Source: Octopus bimaculoides
Taxonomy: Eukaryota
NCBI RefSeq assembly: GCF_001194135.2
Contig: NC_068990.1
Location: 67,767,371-67,830,749 of the forward strand
Direction: 5' to 3'
Length of the DNA: 63,379 bases
In this document: positions 51,051 to 63,379 of the stretch, in pieces
How positions within the stretch are numbered: the first letter of the stretch is position 1
Layout: every line of letters starts with the position of its first letter
Position numbers and translations under genes: made by a program
The notes under the pieces: generated by a model
The model's database searches: none
What the model saw: only the letters and a program-made list of their open reading frames with translations
Told to the model about the DNA's origin: nothing

Positions 51051-51477
51051 GTAACCCTAGATATGCAAAAAAAAAAAAAAATGTGATGGCTATAGTTGGA
51101 AGAGCTCTGGTCATAAGACTGCTAAATTTAGATCAACTTGGGGTTAAACAACAAAAATTTCTTCTGGACATCTCCCCTGTAGTGATGGCATGAAAGTATC
51201 TACAAGATGTAACAATCAGCTACATTCTTCCATTAAATAATGTTAAACTAACTTTGAAGATACATCAGAATTAAAACAAAATCGAAGCAAAAAATAGATA
51301 AGAACTGGAAAAAAAACTATACAAGACTTTTCTCAGGTTTAAAATGTGACATTGTTTTTATTATCTACATTCCAAAGATGGAGCTTTGAACATTTGTTAG
51401 AAACCAGTTCCTTCTTCAGAGGTAGAATTTATATGATTAAAATAGAAGAAACATACATTCATACAATGCCATTCTTT

Positions 51478-51630
51478 CAGTTTCTGTTAACCACATCTTC
51501 ACCCAAGGTTTTGGTCAGCCCAAGGCTATAAAGCACAAGATACTTGCCTATGGTGTCACACAGTGGGACTGAATCTAAAACCATGTGGTTGGGAAGCAAA
51601 CTTTTTAACCACACAATCATTCCTGTGCTT
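51478..51630 (-). mobile_element. SINE family A head
   Basis: CAGTGGGACTGAATCTAAAACCATGTGGTTGGGAAGCAAAC. Confidence 0.8.
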
Positions 51631-51884
51631 ATGCAGTAAATACAAATATAGGATTTATAAAGAGATCCATGGAAAAAAAAAAGCTGAACATAACATTATT
51701 GGAACAAAAGATGTTTTAGAAAACAAGAGAAGAGATAAAAATAAAAATTGATCACACATAATTAACAAATATAAGACTTCCTCAGCTTAATATATTTCAT
51801 ACAAATGGAAAGAAAACATTAGGAAAAATCAAAAAGAAAAAAAGTCAATCAATAAATACACACACACACATATACATATATGTG

Positions 51885-51926
<42 letters not shown>

Positions 51927-51991
51927 NNNNNNNNNNCACAATGTAAAAATCGAACACACACAACTGATATAAACTATGTAATTCATGAATT

Positions 51992-52026
<35 letters not shown>

Positions 52027-52774
52027 TAAGAAGAAGAAGAAGAAGAACAACAACAACAACAATGACGTGGATGATGATGAAGATATGGTTCGTCATAATT
52101 TTACAGATTTCCCAATTTCTTGAGTATTAAAAAGAAAATAAACAAATGATAAGGCGAAAAAGAAGTGTGACTCCAAACAATTCCAAGTAAAACTAATTCG
52201 AAAAACCAGGGAGGATCTTTCACTATTAATAAAACTCAAAAAAATCAATATTCCTAAATATAGCTGAAAGAAAACTGAAAATGTTGCACAGCAAACATAA
52301 ATAAATTGTGCATGTATTCATGTGTACATGTGATATCTGTGTGTGTGTATTTGTATGTGAGTAGTTATAGTGTTAAATCTATACTATGGTTATCATATAG
52401 CAGTCAGTATTAGAGCAGATATTAATCAGAGTGGATATTAGTAATCCTTGGTGAAAATATGGTGTAAAATATAAAGAAAATATAACCAGCTTTACAACAC
52501 ACTTAAACACCATAATAATAAGCAACGACACTACTTCCTCGTCTTTACTTAGATTCTCAAAATCACTTACCAGCCTCCATCACTCTCTTTCTCACTCTTT
52601 ATCTCATACATTTTACTTTTCTTAGATATACATTGTTTTTTGAATCATCATCTTTGTTTAATGTCCATTTTTCTGTGTTTGCATGGGTTAGATGGAATTT
52701 GCTGAAAATATGCCTTTCTTGTTACTAACCCTCACCTTGTTTTCCATGCAAGGTAATATTTTACTATGGTCAAA

Positions 52775-52995
52775 GGTGACAAGCTGGCAGAATTGTTAGC
52801 ATGCCAGGCAAATAAATGCATGGCAGAATTTTGTCCATCTTGGGGATCTGAGTTCAAATTCCACTGAGGCTGATTTTTGCCTTTTACCCTTTTGGAGGTC
52901 AATAAAATAAGTACCAATTGAGCACTGGGATTGATATAATCAACTGATCCCTTCCCCTGATCTTACTGGCGTTGTACCAAAATTTTAAAGCAATA
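52775..52995 (+). mobile_element. SINE family B
   Basis: AAGCTGGCAGAATTGTTAGCATGCCAGG...TAAAATAAGTACC. Confidence 0.85.
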
Positions 52996-53089
52996 TTTTA
53001 CTATGGTCAGACATGTTTTTCGTGGAAGGCTGGAAGTGAGGCTCATTTACGATCATCTCATGATGTGAAGACAAGGGTTCATGCACATG

Positions 53090-53930
53090 ATCATCATCAT
53101 CACTTAAGGTCCTCCTTTCACGCTCTGGTTTGACAGGAACTGGAAAATCGGAAAACTGCACCGAGTTCTACTCTCTGCTTTGACATGGTTTCTACAGTTG
53201 GATGCCCCTCCCAATATCAGCCACTTTACAGTGTGTATCAGGTATTTTTTACATGCCACCAACACTACTGAGGTCACCATGTAGCTTGCAAGTCTACACA
53301 CCTGAAAAAGGGATTTTAAGGTATGAAGGAAGAAGTTGGGATAAAGCAGGTTCTTGTTGTAGAGGAGTTATGTGGCTGCTCACATTTAGGGAAATGTGTG
53401 TGAATGAATCGGTGGTAACTCCAAAGAGATAGATAGCAGTGATGAGATGTTCAGAAGAGGAGTAGTAGTAGGTGGAAATTTGTAAGAGTGTATGGGGGGG
53501 GAGATAGGGAAAGTGTGAGAGAGGGAGGTAGGTAGGCAATCTCAGTAAATACTGGGAAGAGTTAGGGGTTAAAACGAGGGTTTGTATTAGTTGGAGACAC
53601 CAGAGGGATGCTAGAAGTAAGGTAGTTATAATAATAGCATTGACAGGAGAAAAGAGACGGTATATTTGGGTAAGCGCCAGGAGTGAAACAGTGTGATAGA
53701 CAGGCATAATGCGTGGGGAGAGATAATTCGATGGCCAAAATGGTGGTGGTGGTGGTGGGGAGGGATGAACATGGTTACTGTAACATATGGTTATAGAGAA
53801 CAATATTAATGGATGAAGAGTAGCTAACAAGTGAGATGGTTCTGCATAACAAGAGAGAAAAATGGTATCAGTGAGATGAGGTAAGCATTAGAGTGGGGGA
53901 GATGTAGGGGATAATGTGAGGAAGGGGCTA
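53090..53930 (-). mobile_element. RTE LINE 3' UTR/tail fragment
   Basis: GGTTTGACAGGAAC...TTGGATGCCCC...CTTGCAAG followed by a purine-rich strand-biased UTR. Confidence 0.6.
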
Positions 53931-53985
53931 ATTGATTGAGGTACTCATATATACATATGTATATTCATATATACATATACATATG

Positions 53986-54017
<32 letters not shown>

Positions 54018-54087
54018 NNNNNNNNNNNNNNNNNNNNNNNNNNNNNNNNNNNNNNNNNNNNNNNNNNNNNNNNNNNNNNNNNNNNNN

Positions 54088-54400
54088 TTGGGCAAGTGTC
54101 TTCTACTATAGCCTCGGGCCGACCAAAGCCTTGTGAGTGGATTTGGTAGGCGGAAACTGAAAGAAGCCCGTCGTATATATGTATATATATATATATATGC
54201 ATGTGTGTTTGTCCCCCCAACATTGCTTGACAACCAATGCTGGTGTGTTTATGTCCCCGTAACTTAGCAGTTCGGCAAAAGAGACCGATAGAATAAGTAC
54301 TAGACTTCCAAAGAATAAGTCCTGGGGTCGATTTGCTCGACTAAAGGTGGTGCTCCAGCATGGCTGCAGTCAAATGACTGAAACAAGTAAAAGAATAAAA
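54088..54400 (+). mobile_element. SINE family A, young composite copy (5' end in gap)
   Basis: GCCTCGGGCCGACCAAAGCCTTGTGAG...GGGGTCGATTTGCTCGAC...AATGACTGAAACAAGTAAAAG. Confidence 0.9.
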
Positions 54401-55524
54401 GAGTATATATATATATATATACACTCGCATATGTGTATGTACAAATGCACACACACACACTCACATATGTGTAATGTACTCTCAACACACATTTATACAC
54501 ATAGACAAAGATATTCTATATAAAATGCAATTTTTATCTGGGGCTTTTTTCTCATCAAATATATCTGACACACAACTGGGGCTGCAACATTCCCTTAATT
54601 TCTATCTCTAGAGCTTGGCTAAGACACATTCCATTCTCTGGTGTTACACTATCGATCAAATGTAGGTTAGGTCTCACCAGATAAAAATTAGTAAAACTAG
54701 AAATGGAATCAAATGAAAGGTATGATAACTACGCAAATTTCAAATGCCAACATCAGTTAAACATGAATTAAAAGCATATTTTTCACAGACACATTGTGCT
54801 AGATCTGTAGATGTGAGGAAATGAGGAAATTATACTGTGTGATGGCAATGGTTTTCTGCCGGGTGTTAGAAACATGTATGAATAATATTGCTGTAACCAA
54901 TTGTTGATTCAGCTCAGTTTATATTACTCCCAAATGAAAAATAGAATGCTCAAATTAACTAAACTTATCTTATCAATGATCTTCTAAGATATTCTACTCA
55001 AGTATTTTCTTTAACAATTATATTTTTCTATCACCCATATATTTTATAAACTTAATAAAAGCTGACAAAATTATAAAAGAAAAAAACCTGTTTTTTTTTT
55101 TATTCTAATTAGAAAATGAAAAGAAATGTTTCCTAAAAAAGTGTCTTTGATGTAAGAAAAACATTAAAATGATTGTAATCTCAGATCTAAAAGAATGCAA
55201 ATACTCCTCAAGGTAAATCATTTTCATTTTGTTGTTGCTGCTGTTCTTTCACTGAAAGTTAGTTTCTATGACATAGAGCCACTGTAGCTATGGTAATAGA
55301 TGTGCATGAAATAGCAGTTGCTGTTGTTGTGTCTGTTGCAATAGTGGTGAGACCCATAGATGAGTCAGATGAGCATTCTATTACCAGTGATGTATACCTT
55401 CTTAATGAAAGTGTGGTTACACTGTTTCTATACCTGAATGAGAAGGACTATAATCAAAAAACACTTCAACAATATCTGTCCCATCACATTTTTGTTTTCA
55501 AACATTATGTCCTTTTAGAATGTG

Positions 55525-55840
55525 CAGCTATAGCTATGGGTTTAAGAACTTTACCTGCAACCATATGGCTTTGGGTTTAGTCCCACCACATAGCACCTTT
55601 GTGGGTTAGGATAGTGTTTTCTGCTATAGCTAACAAAACCTTGCAAGCAGTTTCAAAGATGGAAACTGAATGAAGCTTGTCATACATGTGTGTGTGAGTG
55701 TGTGCATGGTAGTGCTTGTATACATGTGTATGGGTGTGTACAGGTCTCTCTCTGCCGTTATATGTGATATTTATTGTAAACAAACATCACCATCATATAA
55801 GCAGTGTATTTATTTGCAGTGATCCCCGAAACCATGTCTA
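55525..55840 (+). mobile_element. SINE family A, degenerate
   Basis: CAACCATATGG...TTTAGTCCCAC...GGAAACTGAATGAAGC. Confidence 0.65.
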
Positions 55841-56036
55841 GATATTGGGTTGTTCATGTTCAAAGGTTTATGAAAGCTATTACTTTGCTTGCAAACAGGT
55901 GAGGATTGGAGACAGGAAAGGCATCCAACCATATAGAAAATCTGCCTCATTTAATTTTATTTGGCCACACAAGTATGAAAGAGTGGACATTAGACTTTAC
56001 AATGATGAGAATGGTAACAATGATTATAAGTGTAAT

Positions 56037-56140
56037 TTAACCCTTAGCATTTAAGCCACCCATATCCAGCCAAAATAATCTATTCTGTCTTCAAACCAGC
56101 CAGATCTGACCTCTCACACTTACCCAACAATATCCTATCA
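56037..56140. mobile_element. piggyBac-type MITE half copy
   Basis: TTAACCCTTAGCATTTAA...CAGATCTGACCTCTCACAC matches 50022-50110. Confidence 0.7.
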
Positions 56141-57056
56141 GAGGATCCTACCAACATTTTAGTTAGAAGGGTGATATAACTATGAGCATTAAAATAGTCT
56201 CCTCGTGTAAAAATGTTTCATGATTTGAAAATAGTCATTCTGAGAGCTTGTTCTACATTATTATCCTTTGTATGGTTGTTGAATCATGTAAGCCTTTGAT
56301 AAATGTGGATTATTTGTATGAAATGAATGGAGTATTGTCCATATAGCAATGTCCTATTAAACTATCTCACCTATCAGTGGGATAATCTCAAGTGAAGACA
56401 TTGCATTAAACTGTCAATGAAGAATTGTATTCTACTACATATGGAGTAGTATTCTCCATGTTTCAGGTCTTCCACTCTTTAAAGAGTCACAGTAACTGAA
56501 CAAAAGACAAATCTCCCAGCTTGAAGAGTTTTTAGATTGTATGTTCAGTTACTGAACATGCTTCCTACTTGACTTGGAATAAGAACAACTTATAATAACA
56601 GAAGAAAAAAAAAATTTTCAGAACAAGCAGGAACAAAATGGATTTTGACAAATTATGTATCTGCAAATTGATAAAATAAGAGATTTTAGATCTGAATAAG
56701 TTTTCTCCTACCATGTTACTGCATGATACAAAACTAAAGAGAAACAAGTTTCATGATTATAACTCAACATGCAAGAGTTTAATTCACACATTTTTATTCA
56801 CAGCTTGTTTTCTTTTACTTGTTTTAAAAATGAATTCTCTCTAAATTACATTTCATAGAAATGAGATTTGAACTTTTGAGGACAGCAGATAACTAGACTA
56901 ATAAATATCATTCAACTGCTTTTAAAAATTTGTACCAAATTTGTACAAAATTAGTACTGACCGATAAGGATTTGAGCCTGTTGGTAATTGTTCCTTCATA
57001 AAGCAAATGAGAGACAACACAAAATAGTTTTAGTGTTTCTAGCCGAATAATTATCT

Positions 57057-57387
57057 TTATCTTTTATTTGTTTCAGTCATTGAACTGTGGCCATGCTGGG
57101 GCACAATCTTTAAGGATTTAGCCTAATAAATCAACCCCAGTGCTTTTCGTTTTGAATCAGATACTTATTCTGTCAGGTGTTTTTACTGAACATAACCAAA
57201 CCGACACCAGTTGTCAAGCAGTGGGGAAACACACACACAAATACAATAGTTTTCTTTCAGTTTCCATCTACCAAATTCACTCACTAGGCTTTAGTTGGTT
57301 CGGAATTTTAGTAGGAAACACATGTCCAAGATGCCATGTAGTGGGACTGAACCTGAAACCATATGGTGGGAAGCAAACTTGTTAACA
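57057..57387 (-). mobile_element. SINE family A, composite copy
   Basis: TTTGTTTCAGTCATT...GTAGTGGGACTGAACC. Confidence 0.85.
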
Positions 57388-57814
57388 ACAACTGTTTTTA
57401 GAAAATATTTTGTAAACTGATTGGTTGTCCTAGGTTGGATCTGAACTGCAAAATTCATAAGCAAAGAATTACTGACTTTCTTAAAAGTTACATCAATTTA
57501 ATTGGTTGTTTTGTTTGTACAGAACAGCAAATGATTCTATTAAAGTAAAATAATAACTTTTGATGAAATTGATATAAAGCAGTGAGCTTAATCTAAAAAG
57601 CAATTGTGTCAAGAGAAATTTATTGTGAATATGATATATTGAAATTCAACATGGATGATGGTATCTCTGGAGACCTGTAGACTTGCAAGTGGAAACAATG
57701 AACCAGCAACAAATATGATAAAATAAATAGTGAAAACACTAACACACACTAAAGCACACACACACACTAGCACACACGAACACACATACACACACACATA
57801 TATACTCTCAAGTC

Positions 57815-57930
57815 CATGTAGTTTCTTATATGCAGATAAACAAGCACTTAAATGGTTGGAACAGGACCAATACCATCTTGCTGAATCTTGGTTCTCTGAT
57901 TATTTCCAAATGTACATTTGATATTACCAC
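57815..57930 (+). pseudogene. Possible Ty3/gypsy RNase H remnant
   Basis: FLYADKQALKWLEQ resembles YTDHQALKWL. Isolated and weak. Confidence 0.3.
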
Positions 57931-58534
57931 CATTGCTCCTATCCACCTCCCATCCTCAATATTATGCTACATCAGCCTCACTACAATAGACTAACGTTTC
58001 CAACCCACCTCCACCTTCTCAACAATGCACCACCAGTTTGATGTTCTGCACTGTTATAACAATTGGAATGAATTCTTTATTTCTTCAAATTTCAACATTA
58101 TATGTCTTTCCTTTCTTTCTTTTTTTTTTTTTCATTCCATTCTAGTGAGATTTGAATAACAGACATTATTTTTTACAAATAGAATTGGTCTGATTTATCT
58201 ATTTTCATTTGATTCAATTTAATTAGACTTAATTAAAATGAATTAAACAATTTATAAAGTAAATAGCCCCAAGAGATTAAAATTTTAAATTCTTGTTTTT
58301 GGTATCAGTAGATTAGTAGATATATAAGTTTACATTATTCTCAAGAATAAACTGTCAATATAGGTTAACATTTAGCTTGGTTACAATTGTACACATTTCT
58401 AATTTTGGAAATCCTGCTAGCAATAATTATTGGTTCTCAAGAATTTTTCAAATTACATCAAAATATCTCACATGTGTTTTTATTGGGTGGGTGATGGGGG
58501 TTTGTAAACTTGTAAGTCTTATGGCAACCTCACT

Positions 58535-58730
58535 AATACTGGCAGAATGAAAAACAGTATCCTGCACACACTGAAAGTGGTTGGCATTAGGAATGGCATT
58601 CACCAATAGAAAACATGCCAAAATAGATTCTGGAGCATGATTCAGTACTTGGGCCCACTGAATCCTATCAAAACAGCTAACCCATGCCAACATGGAACAT
58701 GGAAGTTAAATGATGATGATCATGAGGATG
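58535..58730 (+). mobile_element. RTE-tail short element
   Basis: GTGGTTGGCATTAGGAATGGCATTC...CCCATGCCAACATGG...GTTAAATGATGATG. Confidence 0.8.
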
Positions 58731-58759
58731 ATATATATGAGTGTACATATATATGAACA

Positions 58760-58960
58760 CATATCATCATCATCGTTATTATTTATCTAATGTCCGTCTT
58801 TTATGCTGGAACGGGTTGGATGGTTTGGCAGGATCCTGTGAGCTAGAGGAATGCATTAATTTTCAATGTCTGCTTCATCATGGGTTCTATGTCTCCATGC
58901 TCTTCCCAACACCAACCATTTTACAAAGTGTGCTGACAGCATTTTTTGTGGCATTGACTC
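58760..58960 (-). mobile_element. RTE-tail short element, inverted
   Basis: CTAATGTCCGTCTTT...GGGTTGGATGGTTTGGCAGG...CCAACACCAACC. Confidence 0.75.
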
Positions 58961-59354
58961 TAAAGAGATTGATAGTCAACTATGAAACAGGAATCCCAAC
59001 CTTACACCTGCTCTGATCATTTCCCAACTACATTGTAGTATGTATTGGGTGCAATTTTTGTGATACCAACTCCAATCCCTGTCTCACCAATCACTGTAAA
59101 AGGAGCATGGTGAGTGTGTATATGGAAGGTCTCATGGTGTCAATACAAAAGGGAGGGATACTTTAAAAACTGACCAAATAGCTATAATTTCATATTTGTG
59201 ATTTATCCCTTTTCTTGAAGTTGTGTTAGGGATGCATCTTCCCCAATCTATTTAAGACTTGGAGATTCTTCATCTTTCTTTCAAAGTTTTGTGAAACTGA
59301 GAATTTATATCTTGGATTGTGATACTGAAGTTCTAATATTTATTGAAGTTCTTG

Positions 59355-59520
59355 TCATGGCTCAGTGGTTAGAGCATCAGGCTCACAATCATGAGGTAGT
59401 GAGTTTGATTTCCGGACAAGGCTGTATTGTGTTCTTGAGCAAAATACTGTCTTTCGTGTTGTTCCAATTTGCTCAGTTATAGAAATAAGTTGCAATGTCA
59501 CTGGTGCCAAGCTGTATGGC
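59355..59520 (+). mobile_element. SINE family C
   Basis: TGGCTCAGTGGTTAGAGC...GAGTTTGATTTCC...TTCTTGAGCAAAATAC. Confidence 0.8.
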
Positions 59521-59700
59521 CTTTGCCTTTCTCTTGCAGAACATAGGTGGTGTGGTGAGGGAAGACTGGTATGCATGGGTGACTGACATTACACATCCAG
59601 CAGAGCATACTAGCTTAATTTCTTTCCAGCCTACGCATGTCCTCAGCAGACAGAGCCCATGTTTCACTGCCATGTAGCATGGCTCTTCACAGACATGCAT
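59520..59700 (-). pseudogene. RTE ORF fragment
   Basis: Minus-strand CV*RAMLHGSETWA...ERN*ASMLCWMCNVS, homologous to about 8900-9010. Confidence 0.75.
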
Positions 59701-60830
59701 CATATAAGTAATAATTATAATCTGCTATTTTGCAGATTTGACATTTTTTTTTTATTTTGTTCTATACCAGGTGTGTCAATTGTTGTTTCTGCAATTAGGG
59801 AGGACAGGATGTGTTAGTTTTCTTTCATCGCATTCCATCTTTTGCATCAACCTTCTTTGCATTATTTTCATGCTTTTTCTCATTTTCTCATTGTCCTTGC
59901 TTTTAAAATATATATAACACATAAACAGTTGCTATCCATGTGCTACAAAAAAGTTTTTCAGCTTATCAAACTTCGATATGGGAAAAGCCTACAATGTTCA
60001 ATGCTAATAAATTACTATTGTTCCTGGAAGTTGTTTTTTATACCTATCACAGAGTGCTCAAAGCTTACAAACTTCCTACACTTAGATCCTTGGATCTTAT
60101 AATTATATATATACACACATTGACACATGTATACACAGATGTACAAAAGTATGTTTGCATGTGTTTTTCTGCATGCATAACATTTTTGGAAGGAAGTGTT
60201 TTGCAAAGCAGATTCCTTCAATACCCATTCTGATCATAGCCTCATAATGCTGTCCCTAGTGCAACCACATGATATTAGCTTTCCCATCTTATTATATTAC
60301 ATATCACAGTTTTATTCCCAACTTTTCTTAACCTTAAAACCTGACCAAATACAGAAGCACATTTGAGAAAACATAGATACCTCATATTAGAACATAACAA
60401 AAGCCATACACTAAGAGTACTCTTATAGATGATGACACTTTTATATTTACATATAGTTATATATATTTATATACATGCATATGCAAATATATTTCCGCAA
60501 ATATAGCTCATAATTATAAAAAGAAGAACATATATTTTCACAGAGGCAGCAGTGATATGATGGTAATGGAGCAAAATTCTTCATTGCAATACACTACAGT
60601 CAATAAATGCTAGACATTCACTATTTCTAGAGTCATAAGTAGTCATATTTTCTGTAAATAGACTGTTAGGCAAACAACACTTTCATTATGCTATCATTAA
60701 ATATTGTCATATATACTTTTAACATTTTATTGCTGCAGTATTTATTGATATGTATATGCATATACTTTTGTATATATCATCATCATGTTATATGCAAGTG
60801 TATAGATGTTTATACATATATATGTGTATG

Positions 60831-60928
<98 letters not shown>

Positions 60929-61171
60929 AATACACACATCCTTATATATATATATACTTATATGCATGTATGTATGTGTCTATATGTGCATCCTTTTTGT
61001 GTATTTGTGTGTGTGTGTGTGTGTGTGTGTATAAGTCCAAGTGNNNNNNNNNNATATAAATACACACATCCTTATATATATATATACTTATATGCATGTA
61101 TGTATGTGTCTATATGTGCATCCTTTTTGTGTATTTGTGTGTGTGTGTGTGTGTGTGTGTATAAGTCCAAG

Positions 61172-61325
61172 TGTGGCTGTAAGGCTGAGCAGTTTACTTC
61201 TCAACCATATGGTTTCCTGTTCAGTCCAACTGCTCAACACTTTGGGTAACGTTAAAGAGTAACTATAGGCCCAGGAGGAGCAAAGCCTTGTGCATAGATT
61301 TGGTAGATAGGAGCAGAAAGAAGAC

Positions 61326-61330
<5 letters not shown>
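61172..61330 (+). mobile_element. SINE family A head
   Basis: GTGGCTGTAAGG...CAACCATATGG...CAAAGCCTTGTG. Confidence 0.75.
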
Positions 61331-61356
<26 letters not shown>

Positions 61357-61376
61357 CATGTGTGTGTGTGTGTGTG

Positions 61377-61411
<35 letters not shown>

Positions 61412-61560
61412 AGTCAACAAATGAGATCCAGAGATTCTCAGTATAGAAGACTCTTAGAAGCACTCAAATAATTCAAGCTTAGGCTCTGATATTTTTACAG
61501 GGTATCAGTACTACAGGGTATAGAAAGGCCATAAGAGGGTGCAATTTGAGCAGTTATGGA

Positions 61561-62221
61561 GGCAATTATGTGGATAAACAAATTGAATATATTAAATGTA
61601 ACAGCTTGGGTATAAAATACAAAATATGTATATATGTGGTGCTGCAGCATGGCCACAGTCAAATCACTGAAACAAGTAAAAGAGTAAAAGAGTACGTATA
61701 CATGCAAAACGAGAGAAAGTGAAGAGTGAAGACTTTCAGACGATGAATATTTCAGTATAAACATATATAGGTATTTATATTAATAGACACATCTTAAACA
61801 GAGTACAAATGATAGAGAAAATTAAAAGAGAGGAAGTAAGGTGTTATGAGTCTAACAGCTATTTCTGGGGGCTCACAGATCCATCATAATGTTGGTAGAT
61901 GTAGTTCATCACAATATGCAGGTCACAGTGGAAGTAGTCAACATGTAAATTCATGGATGAGATGAGCCTCTGTCATAAGGGTTGGAAAGATCTTACATCT
62001 CAGATCATAATGCAGAGAATTAATTTTCTCTATCGTTTGTACTCTGTGAAATTTGGATCTATTAATATAAAAATTTATATATCTATAATTAAATATTTAT
62101 TGTCTGAAGGTGTTCTCTCTTTCTTTCTCTTGTTTTGCATGTATACAAATATACATATTTTGTATTTCATACCCAAGCTGTTATGTTTAATATATTTAAT
62201 TTGTTTATCTACATAATTGCC
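61561..62221. mobile_element. Foldback/MITE-like element with about 200-bp inverted arms
   Basis: 61561-61825 is the reverse complement of 62020-62221. The outer 71 bp differ by 5 transitions. A 60-bp SINE tail is inserted in the left arm. Confidence 0.88.
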
Positions 62222-62252
62222 TTAGCATGGAAAGCGGACGTTAAACTATATA

Positions 62253-62292
<40 letters not shown>

Positions 62293-62624
62293 TGTATGTA
62301 TGTATGTATGTATGTATGTACATAAGCAAACATTTCCATACATTGACACACAAAGACAGAAAGGAAAACCACTTTTTATATGTGGTGTATATCCCAATTA
62401 GTGTATATGTTTATATAAGCATATAGATCTGCAATAAGTCATGTATACATCTAAAGAGTGATATTTAATTTAGTACAAAGGTACAAGAATTACATGATAC
62501 AAACAGCTTTAAAACTAAACAGTTTTAGCCTGGGAGGACCTCAAAACCAATGTGAAAATCAATATGTCTATTGTTGATAAAACTGATTAGACAGTAGTGG
62601 GATAAACCTCACATATGCTGAAAG

Positions 62625-62716
62625 TTATGTGGCATCTTGGGCAAGTGTCTTCTACTACAGCTCCAGCTTGACCAAAGCCTTGCGACTGGATTTGGTAGAC
62701 AGAAACTGAAAGAAGC

Positions 62717-62805
<89 letters not shown>

Positions 62806-63015
62806 TTATATGTTTGTGTATGTGTCTATGTTTGTGACATCTGGTGCTAGTATGTTTATGTCCCCATAACTTAGGGGGTTCAGCAAAAGTAACTGATAGA
62901 ATAAGTACCAGGCTTAAAAAAATAAAACCTGGGGTCAATTTTTTTTCACTAAAAATTCTCCTAGGTGATGCACCAACATGGTTGCTGTCTAATGACTGAA
63001 ACAAGTTAAGAAAGA
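62625..63015 (+). mobile_element. SINE family A, composite copy
   Basis: GTGGCATCTTGGGCAAGTGTC..., (TA)n, body, AATGACTGAAACAAG. Confidence 0.85.
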
Positions 63016-63117
63016 AAAGGAGACAGCTAACTCTCAAAATGCCTAAAAATTTTGACAGTGCACAACAGATCAAAGTTTGTCACTGTAAGCAGGGCAGTTA
63101 TTGTCATCAGATCTTTT

Positions 63118-63330
63118 ATCTATCTTTTACTTGTTTCACTCATTTGACGGTGGCCATGTTGGGGATACTACCTTGAAGGGTTTAAGTCAAATAGATCGAC
63201 CCCAGGAATTATTTTTTAAAGCCTAGTACTTATTCTATCAGTTTCTTTTGCCAAGCTGCTAAGTTACAGGGACAGAAACAAACCGGCATCAATTGTCAAG
63301 CAGTGGTGGAGGTCAAACACAGATGCAAAG
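63118..63330 (-). mobile_element. SINE family A body
   Basis: TCTTTTACTTGTTTCACTCA...ATCGACCCCAGG...AGTACTTATTCTATC. Confidence 0.85.
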
Positions 63331-63342
63331 ATACATATACAT

Positions 63343-63379
<37 letters not shown>

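Noticed and set aside
51370-51430. Minus-strand CTGAAGA with partial stems (possible sixth hammerhead)
   Set aside because: GAAA is missing and the helices need several bulges; too degenerate to call.
55259-55580. Overlapping open frames on both strands (96 aa plus; 57-aa minus-strand terminal-exon candidate)
   Set aside because: A degenerate ACW/GCW triplet composition keeps both strands open, the plus ORF runs into a SINE, the splice signal is ambiguous, and no family is recognised.
59355-59420. tRNA-like sequence with A/B boxes (also 5560, 34090 and family A/B heads)
   Set aside because: It continues into SINE core sequence and lacks a complete cloverleaf; these are SINE heads, not tRNA genes.
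59768-59815. Strong plus-strand acceptor followed by short frames (e.g. CVNCCFCN*)
   Set aside because: Too short, and no upstream exon supports it.
60924-61172. Apparent exact tandem duplication of about 120 bp
   Set aside because: The copies flank a 10-N gap, so these are almost certainly unmerged overlapping contig ends.

Overview
AT-rich eukaryotic genomic DNA from a gapped short-read assembly. The (TA)n/(TG)n density and the SINE/LINE families point to an octopod cephalopod (Octopus-like); this is recognised from memory, not from a search. No intact host protein-coding gene, tRNA, rRNA or CRISPR array is supported, and almost all of the ORF track is microsatellite or N-gap artefact. The window is a transposon graveyard. 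It holds decayed Tc1 and hAT transposases, an internally deleted Helitron, several RTE-clade LINEs plus many short copies of their 3' tail, an R4/Dong-type RT fragment and three Penelope-like (GIY-YIG) remnants. It also holds a small two-LTR element with a tRNA-Trp-type PBS, mariner- and piggyBac-type MITEs (one nested in a copy of itself), a foldback element, and about 30 copies of three tRNA-derived SINE families. The most notable signal is five sequence-distinct type I hammerhead-ribozyme-like motifs (72-106, 1437-1480, 16068-16105, 34923-34983, 46915-46964), four with non-canonical cores; one lies directly behind a Penelope endonuclease C-terminus. Repeat boundaries were placed by eye and may be off by 10-30 bp.
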